DNA of 64,000 nt from Trypanosoma brucei (lineage: Eukaryota), in NCBI GenBank assembly GCA_000002445.1, contig CH464491.1:800001-864000 (forward strand). The letters run 5' to 3'. Each line of letters starts with the position of its first letter. The stretch's first letter is position 1. A model generated the notes under the pieces. It searched no databases. It was not told the DNA's origin and was given only the letters and a program-made list of their open reading frames with translations. Below, piece after piece: positions 44,560-56,145 of this stretch. The position numbers and the translations under genes were made by a program.

Positions 44560-45204
44560 TTAATCCTCAATCTCAATGTATTTCCTCATTTGATTTAGAA
44601 TGCGCAAGCGCTCGGCATCCCTAAGAACCCTCTCACCCGCGCGGTTGCCATCATCCGCTTCCGGATCCGCACTAGCGACGCCACCACACCGGTCTCCACA
44701 AACCGAAAACCACGACAAGATGTCCGACTCCGTGGCAGACATTAGTCGACAACTAATGTACACGGCACATAACCTACTCAGCCGCCCGTGGCCGACAAAG
44801 TCTGCAGTAGCCATCAACTCCATGAGCTTCTCCTGTTGCTCGACCTCCCAAACGCCCCCTGTTCCACCAAAGCGATCAAGAAAAGCGATGTCATGATCGG
44901 GGAGTAGCGAATGCACGTCGTACCCGAGTCCCCCACTTCCACTACATGTAGTGCATGAAATAGGCAATGTCACAGTTTGCCCCCCCTTACACTCGCCCTC
45001 TGCAACCCCAGCCATACGCTTGGCCTGAAAGGCCATGTACTCAACAAGGTTGTGCAGTGTTTCGGTGCTGGCAATCGGTACGACACCCTCGCGCTCGCCG
45101 AGGCCCTCCGCCGCCTGCAGCCACAACGACTGAGATGTGAAGACCGGGTCGAGGGATATAAACACACGATCCCCGTTCATCGAGATGAGCGCGAAATCAC
45201 CCAT
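44560..45204 (-). CDS. SKP1: SKP1-family protein (divergent), 214 aa
   Basis: The C-terminal dimerisation/F-box-binding region 'LMELMATADFVGHGRLSRLCAVYISCRLMSATESDILSWF' resembles SKP1 '[40 protein letters not shown]'. The N-terminal BTB/POZ-like part carries a Cys/Gly-rich insertion. The ORF starts at an ATG. Confidence 0.55.
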   Translation of the reverse strand: MGDFALISMNGDRVFISLDPVFTSQSLWLQAAEGLGEREGVVPIASTETLHNLVEYMAFQAKRMAGVAEGECKGGQTVTLPISCTTCSGSGGLGYDVHSLLPDHDIAFLDRFGGTGGVWEVEQQEKLMELMATADFVGHGRLSRLCAVYISCRLMSATESDILSWFSVCGDRCGGVASADPEADDGNRAGERVLRDAERLRILNQMRKYIEIED

Positions 45205-45501
45205 GTGATGAGGCTGGGTGTGCTGCGACGACGGAACGGAAGAAGAACCACCAGCGATGTACGAGCTGTGGGTCTAAACGACCGTTAAGGAAAGAAAAAA
45301 AAAACGAAGCACAAAACAGAGTGACAGTTGAAAGGAGTACAGCACATTCGGTAAACAGCGAAAGCCAATACTTTTGTTGAGCACGGACACACGTGCCACA
45401 ACAGCTGCCAAGAAGACTCCAGCGCATTTATAAACCAAATGAATGGCATAGTGGTGGAGAGAAGTCAGGCCACCACATGCCACACACACGCGCACAGGCG
45501 C

Positions 45502-46803
<1,302 letters not shown>

Positions 46804-47306
46804 TTAAAACGGGCAATACAGACACAGTACGCGGTCGCAAATAGAGTCTGAAGCGGTGCTACCAAAAGGACAAAACGTTTCCTCCCCTGAGTTCTTCGTC
46901 TAAATTACCACTCGTAACGAGTATACACTGCGCCGTCGTGTGTACATCCGCAACGTTGTGTACAACAGAGTGAACCAAATTATAGCCGGGATAGAAAGAA
47001 AAACAATTTCCCCAAAGTTTAATATAAGATGGAGACGCGAGAAACACCACTCAGAGCAAATGCAAAGCAGCGGAGAGAAACACAGATATTAAGGCTTAGG
47101 GGGACAAATCAGAAAGGAAAAAGAAAAACTGCAGCCATGTTGAGGCTAACAAAGAACTCACTGACTACGAAAACTGTCAGCATACAGCTAGCCATCGACA
47201 AGTGAGAACAGCGTTGAGGTCTCAAGGTAACACTTTTCATTGGTGTGTGCTTTTTCCATCCCACCCACCCAGCATCATATCCAGACACTGCACCACCTTG
47301 GGCTGC

Positions 47307-47561
47307 TTAGGCCTTGATGTCGGTCTTGAAGTGGTTCCTGATCCTGCGGTGGACGACCTTCAGGTAGCGGCAGCGGCCAGTACCGGTGCGACGGCGTTTG
47401 ATGGCCTTGACAGACCAGTTGTAACGTCGGCGCTGGGCGCGAGGGTAAGCGCAGGCAGCGCATCGCTCCCACTGCACATGGTAGGCGTTGCGCCCACAAC
47501 GGCGGCACAAAATGTGCGTACGCCCGTGGCGCTGCCCCATCGACGTGGTGCCCTTTGTCAT
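47307..47561 (-). CDS. RPL37: 60S ribosomal protein L37 (eL37), C4 zinc-ribbon
   Basis: 'MTKGTTSMGQRHGRTHILCRRCGRNAYHVQWERCAACAYPRAQRRRYNWSVKAIKRRRTGTGRCRYLKVVHRR' matches eL37 (human '[23 protein letters not shown]...KYNWSAKAKRR.TTGTGRMRHLK'). The ATG is at 47561; the track N-terminal extension is non-coding. Confidence 0.9.
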   Translation of the reverse strand: MTKGTTSMGQRHGRTHILCRRCGRNAYHVQWERCAACAYPRAQRRRYNWSVKAIKRRRTGTGRCRYLKVVHRRIRNHFKTDIKA

Positions 47562-47589
47562 TTCGTTTCTCTTCTCACAGCTACTTGAA

Positions 47590-47680
47590 TTACGAGAGAA
47601 ACACAAGATTCAAGGGAGCCAAGTAGAATAAAATAAAACGGTACAGTGAGGAGAGGAAACTTTGAGAATGGAATACGTGT
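47590..47680 (-). promoter_or_regulatory. Putative polypyrimidine tract plus AG splice-leader acceptor region upstream of RPL37, which also has to hold the polyadenylation site of the upstream PRORP gene
   Basis: The plus strand is purine-rich here (gagagaaacacaag...ggagaggaaac), so the sense strand is pyrimidine-rich, followed by AG dinucleotides 25-40 nt before the ATG. This is inferred from kinetoplastid mRNA processing rules only. Confidence 0.35.
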
Positions 47681-47808
47681 AAGCAATTATGGCATCTAGT
47701 CCTAACGCGTATATCACCGTAATTCAACATAGCAACCTAGAAACCGGAAAAAAAAAACAGTCGAGAACAGCGTAACGTGGGCCAACCAAATCGCCCTCAC
47801 ATCCCACC

Positions 47809-49524
47809 CTAGCGTACACATAACCAAGGCTGTGTAACTTGAAGGGGTGAGGGTTGAGTTGGATGGATAGGTCCACTTTCAGCACGTTCAGCGTGTCGGT
47901 CAGACTCAAATTGGTAACTGGTACTATCTGTGAAGGAATCTACAGCACTATGATGTTCCGTCTCATCGTCCTCCCCTCCACACTGGTTTGTCGAAATGGG
48001 AATATGCCAAGTGAGGGGGCTCAGCTCCTGTATGCACTGCGCGTAGGGTGCTGGCATTTCCCAATGAAGCAGCGTGCGATCGTCTACGCGCGAGCATTTG
48101 AACGCGATACGGTGGCGATCGCGCCAGCGGGAGAAATGACGGGGACTGAGAAGTCTGAAGTGATGATCACGCATCAAGTCGTTCGTCAAAACCAACACCG
48201 TCTTCCCCTTCTCCTCACGAGGAACGGCATCAGTCGGTGTGGTGAGCTCCAATGCGGCGTACAGCCAACAAAGGTCATCGTTGAGACCACTTGGAGTGCA
48301 ATACAGCACACCTTCGCGACGCCACCTCGACACTAATGCTTTCCCAACATCTGTGACGTTGTTTGGTTCGCAGTGTCGTTCGTGTAACAGAACCAGCGGT
48401 TGCATGCCGCGGCGATAAGCCTCCTGCACAGCGAGTTCAATAAGTTCAAAATTAACGGACACATCAACAAAGCGGCGCTTCGACCAAGCAACATCCTGTG
48501 GTGCAATGTCGCTTTCTTTTCTTCCACGCCTTAAAAGCAGCTCTCGCTTGGCCAAGGCATACCAACTACTGAGGCCATAGTAGCCAAGGTTAGCGCCGTC
48601 CACTAGAACATCGATAGAGTGTCCGTGTGAAGAAATAAATCGTCGCCAGGTCTCAAACGCCATCCGCGCACGTGGTGAATTTTTCCGCCCGCCATCCATG
48701 GCAATCTGCACCACGTCACTCAAAAGCTTACTCTTTTGCAACGCTGTGAAACGGTGCCCGCTCAACACGCTGGAGCAAGAACAGCACGTTCCAGCAGGAA
48801 GCATTGCGTCGCTGTGTGGAAAAGTAACGTCTGTTACCTCCATCCCACCCCTCAAAGCCCAAGGCCGAATCACCTCTTCCGCTACCGCTGCAGACACGCC
48901 ATCCGCGTGCCCCTGCATCTCCCGCAACAAGCAGTGGAGCGTGGCTAAAGGCTCACCTATATTTACACAGAGGCGACCGATTGCAAGGTAGTCTTCCATA
49001 CTCAGATCCATCCTCTGCCGTAGCGCCTCTTCGTACACAGCGAAAGCCATGCGGCGGTCCCGACGTTTGCACCAGAAAGAAAGAAAGACAGAAACACTCC
49101 GCAAACGAAGCAGCTGATGGGAAACCATATAGGAAAACATCTTCGTAGCTCCAGCAGCATCACCGGCGGCACACTGTAGTCGTAAGATAACAGCCAACAC
49201 ACTTTCGTCGTCCCATAACCCCACCAAACCTGACTCCTGTACCTGCTTGACAAGGTCCATGGCAGTGTCCTCGTTTTTGGTGCGCTCAAGAAGAAATAAC
49301 GCATTTGCAAACGCCTTCATCGAGAAGACAGACTGAGATAACCCCATGCGGATTTCATCAACCACCCCTCGCACGTCACCCGCCCCAACGAGTTGTCCGA
49401 CACGACGCTGCAACTCCTCCACAGGTCGAATACTCTTCCAACGGCATTGAATGCTAGCACGTGCCAGCGTCGGAACAGGAACAAAGCGTGAAAATGCGGC
49501 AAAACCGTTCAACACGGAGCGCAT
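47809..49524 (-). CDS. PRORP: Protein-only RNase P (PRORP)-like protein: PPR-like N-terminal half plus a C-terminal NYN metallonuclease domain; probably organellar
   Basis: NYN/PRORP-like 'IDVLVDGANLGYYG' is followed by conserved acidic residues (FVDVS..., LHERH). The helical N-terminal half is PPR-like. The track start is GTG; the first ATG at 49524 gives 'MRSVLNGFAAFSRFVPVPTLARA', a presequence-like N-terminus. Confidence 0.55.
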   Translation of the reverse strand: MRSVLNGFAAFSRFVPVPTLARASIQCRWKSIRPVEELQRRVGQLVGAGDVRGVVDEIRMGLSQSVFSMKAFANALFLLERTKNEDTAMDLVKQVQESGLVGLWDDESVLAVILRLQCAAGDAAGATKMFSYMVSHQLLRLRSVSVFLSFWCKRRDRRMAFAVYEEALRQRMDLSMEDYLAIGRLCVNIGEPLATLHCLLREMQGHADGVSAAVAEEVIRPWALRGGMEVTDVTFPHSDAMLPAGTCCSCSSVLSGHRFTALQKSKLLSDVVQIAMDGGRKNSPRARMAFETWRRFISSHGHSIDVLVDGANLGYYGLSSWYALAKRELLLRRGRKESDIAPQDVAWSKRRFVDVSVNFELIELAVQEAYRRGMQPLVLLHERHCEPNNVTDVGKALVSRWRREGVLYCTPSGLNDDLCWLYAALELTTPTDAVPREEKGKTVLVLTNDLMRDHHFRLLSPRHFSRWRDRHRIAFKCSRVDDRTLLHWEMPAPYAQCIQELSPLTWHIPISTNQCGGEDDETEHHSAVDSFTDSTSYQFESDRHAERAESGPIHPTQPSPLQVTQPWLCVR

Positions 49525-50040
49525 CAGCACATAAGCGATAAACTCAGCTGTCCCTTCCCCACCCCTTCTCTCTGCATGTAATCCTCGGTCCCCAACCACG
49601 GTACCGTATAGAAAGAGAAATGGATACTAAAGGGGAAGGAGGTAGAAGAAATGAAAGGAGGAAACACCTGGCAAGATTTTACATAAAATTTAAGTGGAGA
49701 GAGGAAGCAGTAGCGGACAGTCACTGTATCCTTCACGAAGTTTGATGGGGAAGGAAATACAAGTAGACGTCACGTAGTATAATACAAAAAACCAGTAAAA
49801 AGGTAAAAAAAAAACTCCCTGAAGCGCTACTTTTTCCCGCAGTTGCCCTCACCCACCGGGCGGCCAACCCGCACCCGTGAGGAAGGGCAAAGCAAAGGCG
49901 ATGATAAAGATGGGAATTTAAAAAAAAACACCAACTCGGCCGCTTCCAACAAGGCACCTCTCAGCGAGCAGATGGGGTTCGTCAACGCATGCGAACCAAC
50001 TTATAAAGTTCGCGGGGGAAAGTACATTTCCCCATATCAC

Positions 50041-52041
50041 CTAGAAGAGGGAACATATTCGCTTTTTCACGACGAACACGTAACAGAGTTGTAAAAGCCA
50101 TAACACCAAGAATAGCAGCGGTACAAAACAGACGAGTATTTGAAAATGGCGACCGTACTCGGGTGTTTCCCGGTTTTTCGGGCACTCGGGTGGATAGTCC
50201 TTCCCCTTGTGCACAACCAAAGCAATTTGAAGGCTCGTAAGGGGGATTAGTGCCCATGCGATACGAAACACGGTGTGACCGCGAAGCACCAGAAACACAA
50301 AAATCGCCACAAAAGACACTATGGACATTGCAGAAAGCACCATTTTTTCATAGTTGTGACATTGCTTTGCGCTGGTGACCGTCACAACGAATATGAAGAC
50401 GTTCAACTCGAGAAGAAAGAGCAATGCGGCGTAAACCATCCGCAAGAGGGCAGAGTACCGCTGTATGATTCGTTTGCTGTGGAAACTATAGCAAGCGAAC
50501 CCAAAATTGTTAATTGAGGTCTGCGTCGTAAAGATCCAGCACAAGCGCAGTAACGCTAACAAGTATGTGGTGCAAACGGCAGTGCTTAGCATACGAAAGG
50601 GGTAGCGTTTGTTAAACGCCAACTCGCCGTCCACGGTGGAAACCAAATACATCTGACACATAAACTGCGGCACCGCCAAACAAAGGCAAAAGCATACGGT
50701 AGACAAAACCTGGGCAGCTGTGATGTCATGTATAATGTCCACAAATAATCCACCTCTGTTTACAAAACAGTAGCGCACGTAAGTGACGATGCTCACAATG
50801 TTGTACAATGGCACCACTGGCAGGACATGAAGATGGGGTGACGGAAATGGAAATATCACGTTACCAAATACACGGTTACGCTCTCTCGCCCGCATCAAAA
50901 GTATCATAGCGATAAGATGTGAAGCATAGCCAGCACCGTATACAATGGCCGTGTATAACGCATAATAGCTCTCTGGATCCGAGGTTAGCCAATGCACCGA
51001 CACCAGAGCGATCCCCACGTTACAGAGAACCTCTGCGAGGGCGCTAATCACCATTACAAAAACAGCAAGATGCCACCCACAACATGCGTTGTTCATCCGA
51101 ATAAAGTGTTTGCTCCCAGTGAACAAGTGTGGGTATTCGTACAGGAGTTGAACAAACTCAAAGCCACTGTTCTCTACCACACTGTACTGTTCGGCATCGA
51201 GACGCACGAAACGGGGCTTAAATAGTGGGAGCAGGTACTCAAACACAGCCTGAGGAACCCGATCAACCTCCGTGGAGATGAGGGCATCGATGCAGCGCTG
51301 CAGCTCCTGTTGGACGTTGTAATCGTCCAAGTTGAGCTTATTTGACTCCAACAACATGCGCACAAGGTAGGGGTTGAGCCGTGCCTCTTTCAGCTCCTCA
51401 GCTGTGACAGGGTTCTCGACAGAGCGCCCAGCCAGAGCTGCTGCAACGAGGTGACCGAAACACTCGTTGGGACTCTTACGGTAGGCCCGCAAAGCAGATG
51501 ACAAGTCAACCCGTACATCAAGATCCTCCATATCCAACTCATCCTCTTCTTCTTCTTCATGGTATAAATAACTATTGTCATCATAAACTAAGCCTCGAGA
51601 CGCAACCGCACTGCCTGCACCCTGGGGAAAAGGTTCACTCAGACGGACAACCTCCAAAATGGGCTCGCTCCCGCTTGCATTAGTAGGCGGCCTGCTTGAT
51701 CTGTTAGGTTCCAGCATATTTTCCATTACACGATCCATGCCCCCCTTGATGTAACGCCATAATCTTGTAGCTACACCCTCTGCCGCGTCATCCTTCGCTG
51801 GTGGAGAGGACAACATCTCCGCCGGCGGAGCTATGGGAACCCAACGGCCGGGTGGTGGTGCGGCAACATTATTCACCGGAGAATCTGGGAGGGGTGAAAG
51901 CCCTCTGCTCGAAACCCTGGAGCCGAATCCAGTTTCTACGCCGGATGAGCAATAACGGTCTAAGTATTCAAATGCACCTGACACGTCGGTGGAAACGTTA
52001 GATGGTGACACGCCGGAACCCGCATTATTCCTCCCATGCAT
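50041..52041 (-). CDS. Hypothetical polytopic membrane protein: ~330-aa soluble N-terminal region, then ~8 predicted TM helices
   Basis: ATG at 52041. The C-terminal half shows repeated 18-24-residue hydrophobic runs. No family was recognised. Confidence 0.7.
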   Translation of the reverse strand: MHGRNNAGSGVSPSNVSTDVSGAFEYLDRYCSSGVETGFGSRVSSRGLSPLPDSPVNNVAAPPPGRWVPIAPPAEMLSSPPAKDDAAEGVATRLWRYIKGGMDRVMENMLEPNRSSRPPTNASGSEPILEVVRLSEPFPQGAGSAVASRGLVYDDNSYLYHEEEEEDELDMEDLDVRVDLSSALRAYRKSPNECFGHLVAAALAGRSVENPVTAEELKEARLNPYLVRMLLESNKLNLDDYNVQQELQRCIDALISTEVDRVPQAVFEYLLPLFKPRFVRLDAEQYSVVENSGFEFVQLLYEYPHLFTGSKHFIRMNNACCGWHLAVFVMVISALAEVLCNVGIALVSVHWLTSDPESYYALYTAIVYGAGYASHLIAMILLMRARERNRVFGNVIFPFPSPHLHVLPVVPLYNIVSIVTYVRYCFVNRGGLFVDIIHDITAAQVLSTVCFCLCLAVPQFMCQMYLVSTVDGELAFNKRYPFRMLSTAVCTTYLLALLRLCWIFTTQTSINNFGFACYSFHSKRIIQRYSALLRMVYAALLFLLELNVFIFVVTVTSAKQCHNYEKMVLSAMSIVSFVAIFVFLVLRGHTVFRIAWALIPLTSLQIALVVHKGKDYPPECPKNRETPEYGRHFQILVCFVPLLFLVLWLLQLCYVFVVKKRICSLF

Positions 52042-53194
52042 TTCTTATACTAGCACCTCTTTCTGTTCGCACCAGCTTATATAGGGGGGATAATGTGATG
52101 ATAGGATTCCTTTCCTCCGTATAACCCCGACTTGTTCCGTCCAGTGTATTCCTTCCTTTTATTCGCAAGAAGGCAACACCCACAATAAAACAAGCCACCA
52201 GTGCTCACTTTGGCTTCTGCTTGATGTATTTCATGAACAAAAGAGGGTAACCCCTCCAGTTCGTAACAGAAAGAGTTGCCACGAACTATCAGAAAGTAAA
52301 GCGTTTAGAAGAACCTGCAAAAAACAAAAATATAAAAGAGACGCAATTGGAAACAGAGACAGTGCCTACAGTTTTTTAAGAAGCATCTGAGGAACAGCAA
52401 CGTTATTGTTGAAGGGGGGGAAGAAACAGAGGTTTAAAAAAGATGGCAAAGTTAGATATTGTGTTTGTAGTGACAGCAGCACCTTTGCGTGGTCAGGAGG
52501 AGGGGAAACGGCAATACGAACACGCAGAGCTTCACTGTGCGCACACACACACACAACGTTTATATTTCTCCTTCATATGATATTAGGCTCACACTTTTAA
52601 GACAGTCTACCTTTAAACACATTTAATATTACCTTCCTTGCGCCGGTGCGACATCTGTGTCAACACTCATTCTGCTTTCACTTCCTTTTCTTAGCATGTG
52701 TTGGCATTTAGTGACTGGTCAAACAGCTTCTCATTGGAAGGAAGAAAATGAAAAGCTGTCGCTTACACGGTGGAGAAAATCGTAAATAACAACCGTTTCG
52801 TTTCCTATGTGTTTAGTCTTCACTCACTTTCATGTTCTTGTTGCTCTTCAATTGCCTTTTCTTCGCTTTCTAGCCTCCGGTATCTTGACTGAGCTATTCA
52901 ATATGTTATTCGCGATTAGTAGTAACAACGATACCTGAAACAGTGACAATTAAAAAAAAAATTGTGTCTCAAGAAACCCACCCTTTCAATCGCTTCTCAG
53001 TCCCTGATTTTCCTCACACCACACCCCCCCCCTCCCAAAAAAAAAATAATACCTTCTCCTTATTTCGTTTCTCCTTTCCCTCTTTATCCTATATAATCCC
53101 TCTCCTTATATTATATTGACATGGGTGCATCATCTATCGTTCCCAAGAAAATAAAAGAGGAGCAGCTTCGTTAGAACCCGCCAGACTTCATTCA

Positions 53195-53205
53195 GGGGGG
53201 GGGGG
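53195..53205. repeat. G11 homopolymer (C11 on the sense strand) in the PRS-to-membrane-protein spacer
   Basis: Read directly. Confidence 0.9.
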
Positions 53206-53771
53206 TCGAAGGAATGCACCCGCTTGTTTTTTTTTCTTTTCTTCGAGTGTTATTCTTTCATGATTCATATGCGTGTGCAAAAAGGGGGTTGATGTAGTGA
53301 TATTCTCGTCCTTTTTTTTTTTTACTTTACTTTTCTTTCCCTGTCCCCTCTCCCCGGTGCATGGCGTCGCCGGGTTCAAAGTACACGAAGAGAGAATTCG
53401 AATATCCATCCACCCACTCCCGTTACACGGGAGAAGCGCAAAGAACACACTAACAGTAACAACAACATTAGGATTAATCGTCGTCCTATGGTTTTTAAAC
53501 AACAAAAACAAAAAAATCCCCTCCCTCTCCCTCATCCGCACGTACGTATAAAATAGACGTAGATGTGGGGAGAAAAGATACATAAAAAGGGGCGGGAAAG
53601 GGACCACATAACAGCACCAAGTAAAATGAAAAAAAGAAAGGAAGGAAGGAAGGAACTGTGAGAACGAAAGATAAACTGAGGAAAAAACGAAAACAACGTA
53701 GGAATACTACGGAGAGGTACGTAATAAAATGGGGAAGGAGGCGGAGGGATCACCGTGAATTCTCCCACACA

Positions 53772-54842
53772 CTATGTGCGGAACAGAGAGGATAACGAGC
53801 ACTCGAAATGAAGATTGTAAATTGCTTGCACGAGGAGTGGCGCTATCGTCAGAACGGTGAGTTTGTTGCACTTTTGCGAGTTGATATTCTGAGCGATAGA
53901 GTCTGACACAACGAGTTCAGTGAGCGCATCGCACTGTGAAATGCGCTCACACGCCGGATCGGTGAGGATGCCGTGAGTTGCGCACGCCACCAACCGCAGT
54001 GCACCCATGTCTCTCAAAAGTTCGCACGCCTTACAAAGTGTTCCAGCGGTGTCTACTATGTCATCCACGATAACGCACGTGTAGCCCTCAACATTCCCCA
54101 CAGTCTGCATAGAGTCCACCTTACCGGGGCCGGAGCGGCGTTTGAGGATTGTCACGATGTGACTTGCACCGATACGATCTGCGAGCACATTCGCACGCTC
54201 CACACCACCTGCATCCGGTGACACAACCACAGTTCTCTCCCGGTCAAACCACGGTTGTCGCATGACATACGTGGCGAATTCTGGAAACATGAGGAGGTTG
54301 TCTACCGGCATGTTGCGGAAGAATCCCTGAATCTGGCCGCAATGCAGGTCGACCGTAACGACACGGTCCACACCCATGCACTGCAAAAGTTGTGCGACAG
54401 CTGAGGCAGAAATGGGGACGCGTGGCTCCGTTTTGCGGTCTTGCCGACTGTAAGCGAAGTAGGGCACAATAGCCGTGATGCGCTTGGCGGAAGAAAGCTT
54501 CAAGGTGTGCACGAGTAATAGAAGCTCCATCATGGCGGTATTGATATCGGTGTGCTCATTTGCTGCAATGGGTTGGAGAATGAAACAGTCATCGCCACGG
54601 ACATCATCTACCACCTTGATGTTCAGCTCACCATTTGCGAAGCGCTTGATCTCTGTCCGGCAGAGGTCAACCTTGAGATATTTCGCCACACTCTCCGATA
54701 GGGCATAGTTTGCCGTGCCGGATATGACGCGAATACGGTAGGATGTCTCCACCTGCGGCTTGCGGTGTTCACGGTAAAAATATGTCTCACCAGCAGCGAC
54801 ACGCTGGGCCTTTGGCGTAAGGGCGTCGGCTTGCCCCTGCAT
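53772..54842 (-). CDS. PRS: Ribose-phosphate pyrophosphokinase (PRPP synthetase)
   Basis: 'IRVISGTANYALSESVAKYL...FANGELNIKVVDDVRGDDCFILQP', 'VPYFAYSRQDRK', 'VTVDLHCGQIQGFF' and the PRPP-binding 'VIVDDIVDTAGT' are colinear with human PRPS1. The track start at 55136 is a TTG. I chose the ATG at 54842 (MQGQADAL...). An upstream in-frame ATG at 55097 would add a low-complexity Cys/Phe-rich segment that is probably UTR. Confidence 0.9.
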   Translation of the reverse strand: MQGQADALTPKAQRVAAGETYFYREHRKPQVETSYRIRVISGTANYALSESVAKYLKVDLCRTEIKRFANGELNIKVVDDVRGDDCFILQPIAANEHTDINTAMMELLLLVHTLKLSSAKRITAIVPYFAYSRQDRKTEPRVPISASAVAQLLQCMGVDRVVTVDLHCGQIQGFFRNMPVDNLLMFPEFATYVMRQPWFDRERTVVVSPDAGGVERANVLADRIGASHIVTILKRRSGPGKVDSMQTVGNVEGYTCVIVDDIVDTAGTLCKACELLRDMGALRLVACATHGILTDPACERISQCDALTELVVSDSIAQNINSQKCNKLTVLTIAPLLVQAIYNLHFECSLSSLFRT

Positions 54843-55347
54843 GTTTGAAATTGCGCGCGAGGGACTCTGTCTAACGTAACCCAATTTCTTATTATCACAA
54901 CGGTCAAGTCGGTAAACAAAATTTATAATGAGGAGAGGCAAGAACCAAATGGGATATGCAGGTGATGAGAGAACGCAAGTAACAGCAAAGAAGGCATATA
55001 AAGCAAAAGGGCAAAAACACGAATCGCACTGGAAGTAAGTTGGGGAGCGAAAAGAGAAAGAGAGATAGAGACGTGCGAAATGCATAGCACAACCCATACA
55101 TATTTTGCAGCAAGAGACAATCCCTTCCTTTGGCAACCCCTTGACTCTTTATAATACCTGCGAGTCAATAGTGATTTTTTTTCCCGGAGAAAGAGAACAA
55201 TATACCAAAAATGTCAAAAAAAAAAAAATAGTTCCGTCTTGCTTTTTTTTTTTGTTCCAAAGAAAACCTCTTTCTATTTCTGATTTATAATTACATATAT
55301 ATGTTAAAAAAAAATGAGGAAAAGAGGATGAAGCTATTCTCAGTTCG

Positions 55348-55662
55348 TCATGCGTAAATCCCTACAAAAAAAAAATGGCCTCCTTTGAGTTTCTGCACAA
55401 CCGCACGGAAAACCAGGAACCAAGCAAAATAAGATAAAATAAACAAAATGGTAACCGTGGAAACAGCTTCACATATCTTCATATAGGGATCGACACCCGC
55501 GAACTCTTCACCCCTCCTCTGCTGTGCAAACACGTAAACGGTTACGATAGATAGGACTGTTACTAACAGTAGTTGGTTCTCAAAAGGAAAAAAAACACGA
55601 AAACTAATACATGTCAAGACGGTAACGCCACCATTGAGGGATGGTTTCTCACCGGGTAGCAT
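55348..55662 (-). CDS. Possible small membrane protein (104 aa, 2-3 TM), unannotated-ORF candidate
   Basis: ATG-initiated ORF in an otherwise empty 1.7 kb spacer, with plausible TM segments. Composition is only weakly coding-like. Confidence 0.25.
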   Translation of the reverse strand: MLPGEKPSLNGGVTVLTCISFRVFFPFENQLLLVTVLSIVTVYVFAQQRRGEEFAGVDPYMKICEAVSTVTILFILSYFAWFLVFRAVVQKLKGGHFFFVGIYA

Positions 55663-55914
55663 CCCAACACGGATCCAAAAATTCCGGGTTATGAAGTAGT
55701 AGGAGAGAAGTAAGGAACAGAAGACAATGGAATAAACAGAAATGGAATTAAAGAGAAAGCAGTTATCACGGGTGAAAATAAAAACAATAATAATAATAGT
55801 GGCAACAACAGTATTGGGTGAGTGAGTGGGTGCCCAGCAAACGTTTCTTCAGTTCATCGAAACGCCTCCCACTACAGCGCCAAAGCGTCTGCTATAATGG
55901 AGTTAGTGAGACTG

Positions 55915-56145
55915 TTAATGCAGAAACCGCATGCGAAGCCTCACAGCTGGATTCGATACATTGAATTGCTCGTCTGTCATAAGTTGTCGGGCCCCTTCAC
56001 CCATTTTCGGTACATCCAACGGGTGCCGCTTTTCCAACACCACCCGCTGCGCCTCCAGTTGGGCCTCATGGGCCTCACGTAAAAGTCTGCAACAGCCACA
56101 TCCACTCACGCACTGCGGTCCACACTGCCGCAGCCTACGTCCCAT
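55915..56145 (-). CDS. Possible small Cys-rich protein (76 aa: MGRRLRQCGPQCVSGCGCCRLL...)
   Basis: ATG-initiated with G/C-rich third codon positions. The upstream part of the track ORF (from a TTG) is low-complexity. Other frames are also open in this GC-rich patch, so the call is uncertain. Confidence 0.25.
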   Translation of the reverse strand: MGRRLRQCGPQCVSGCGCCRLLREAHEAQLEAQRVVLEKRHPLDVPKMGEGARQLMTDEQFNVSNPAVRLRMRFLH

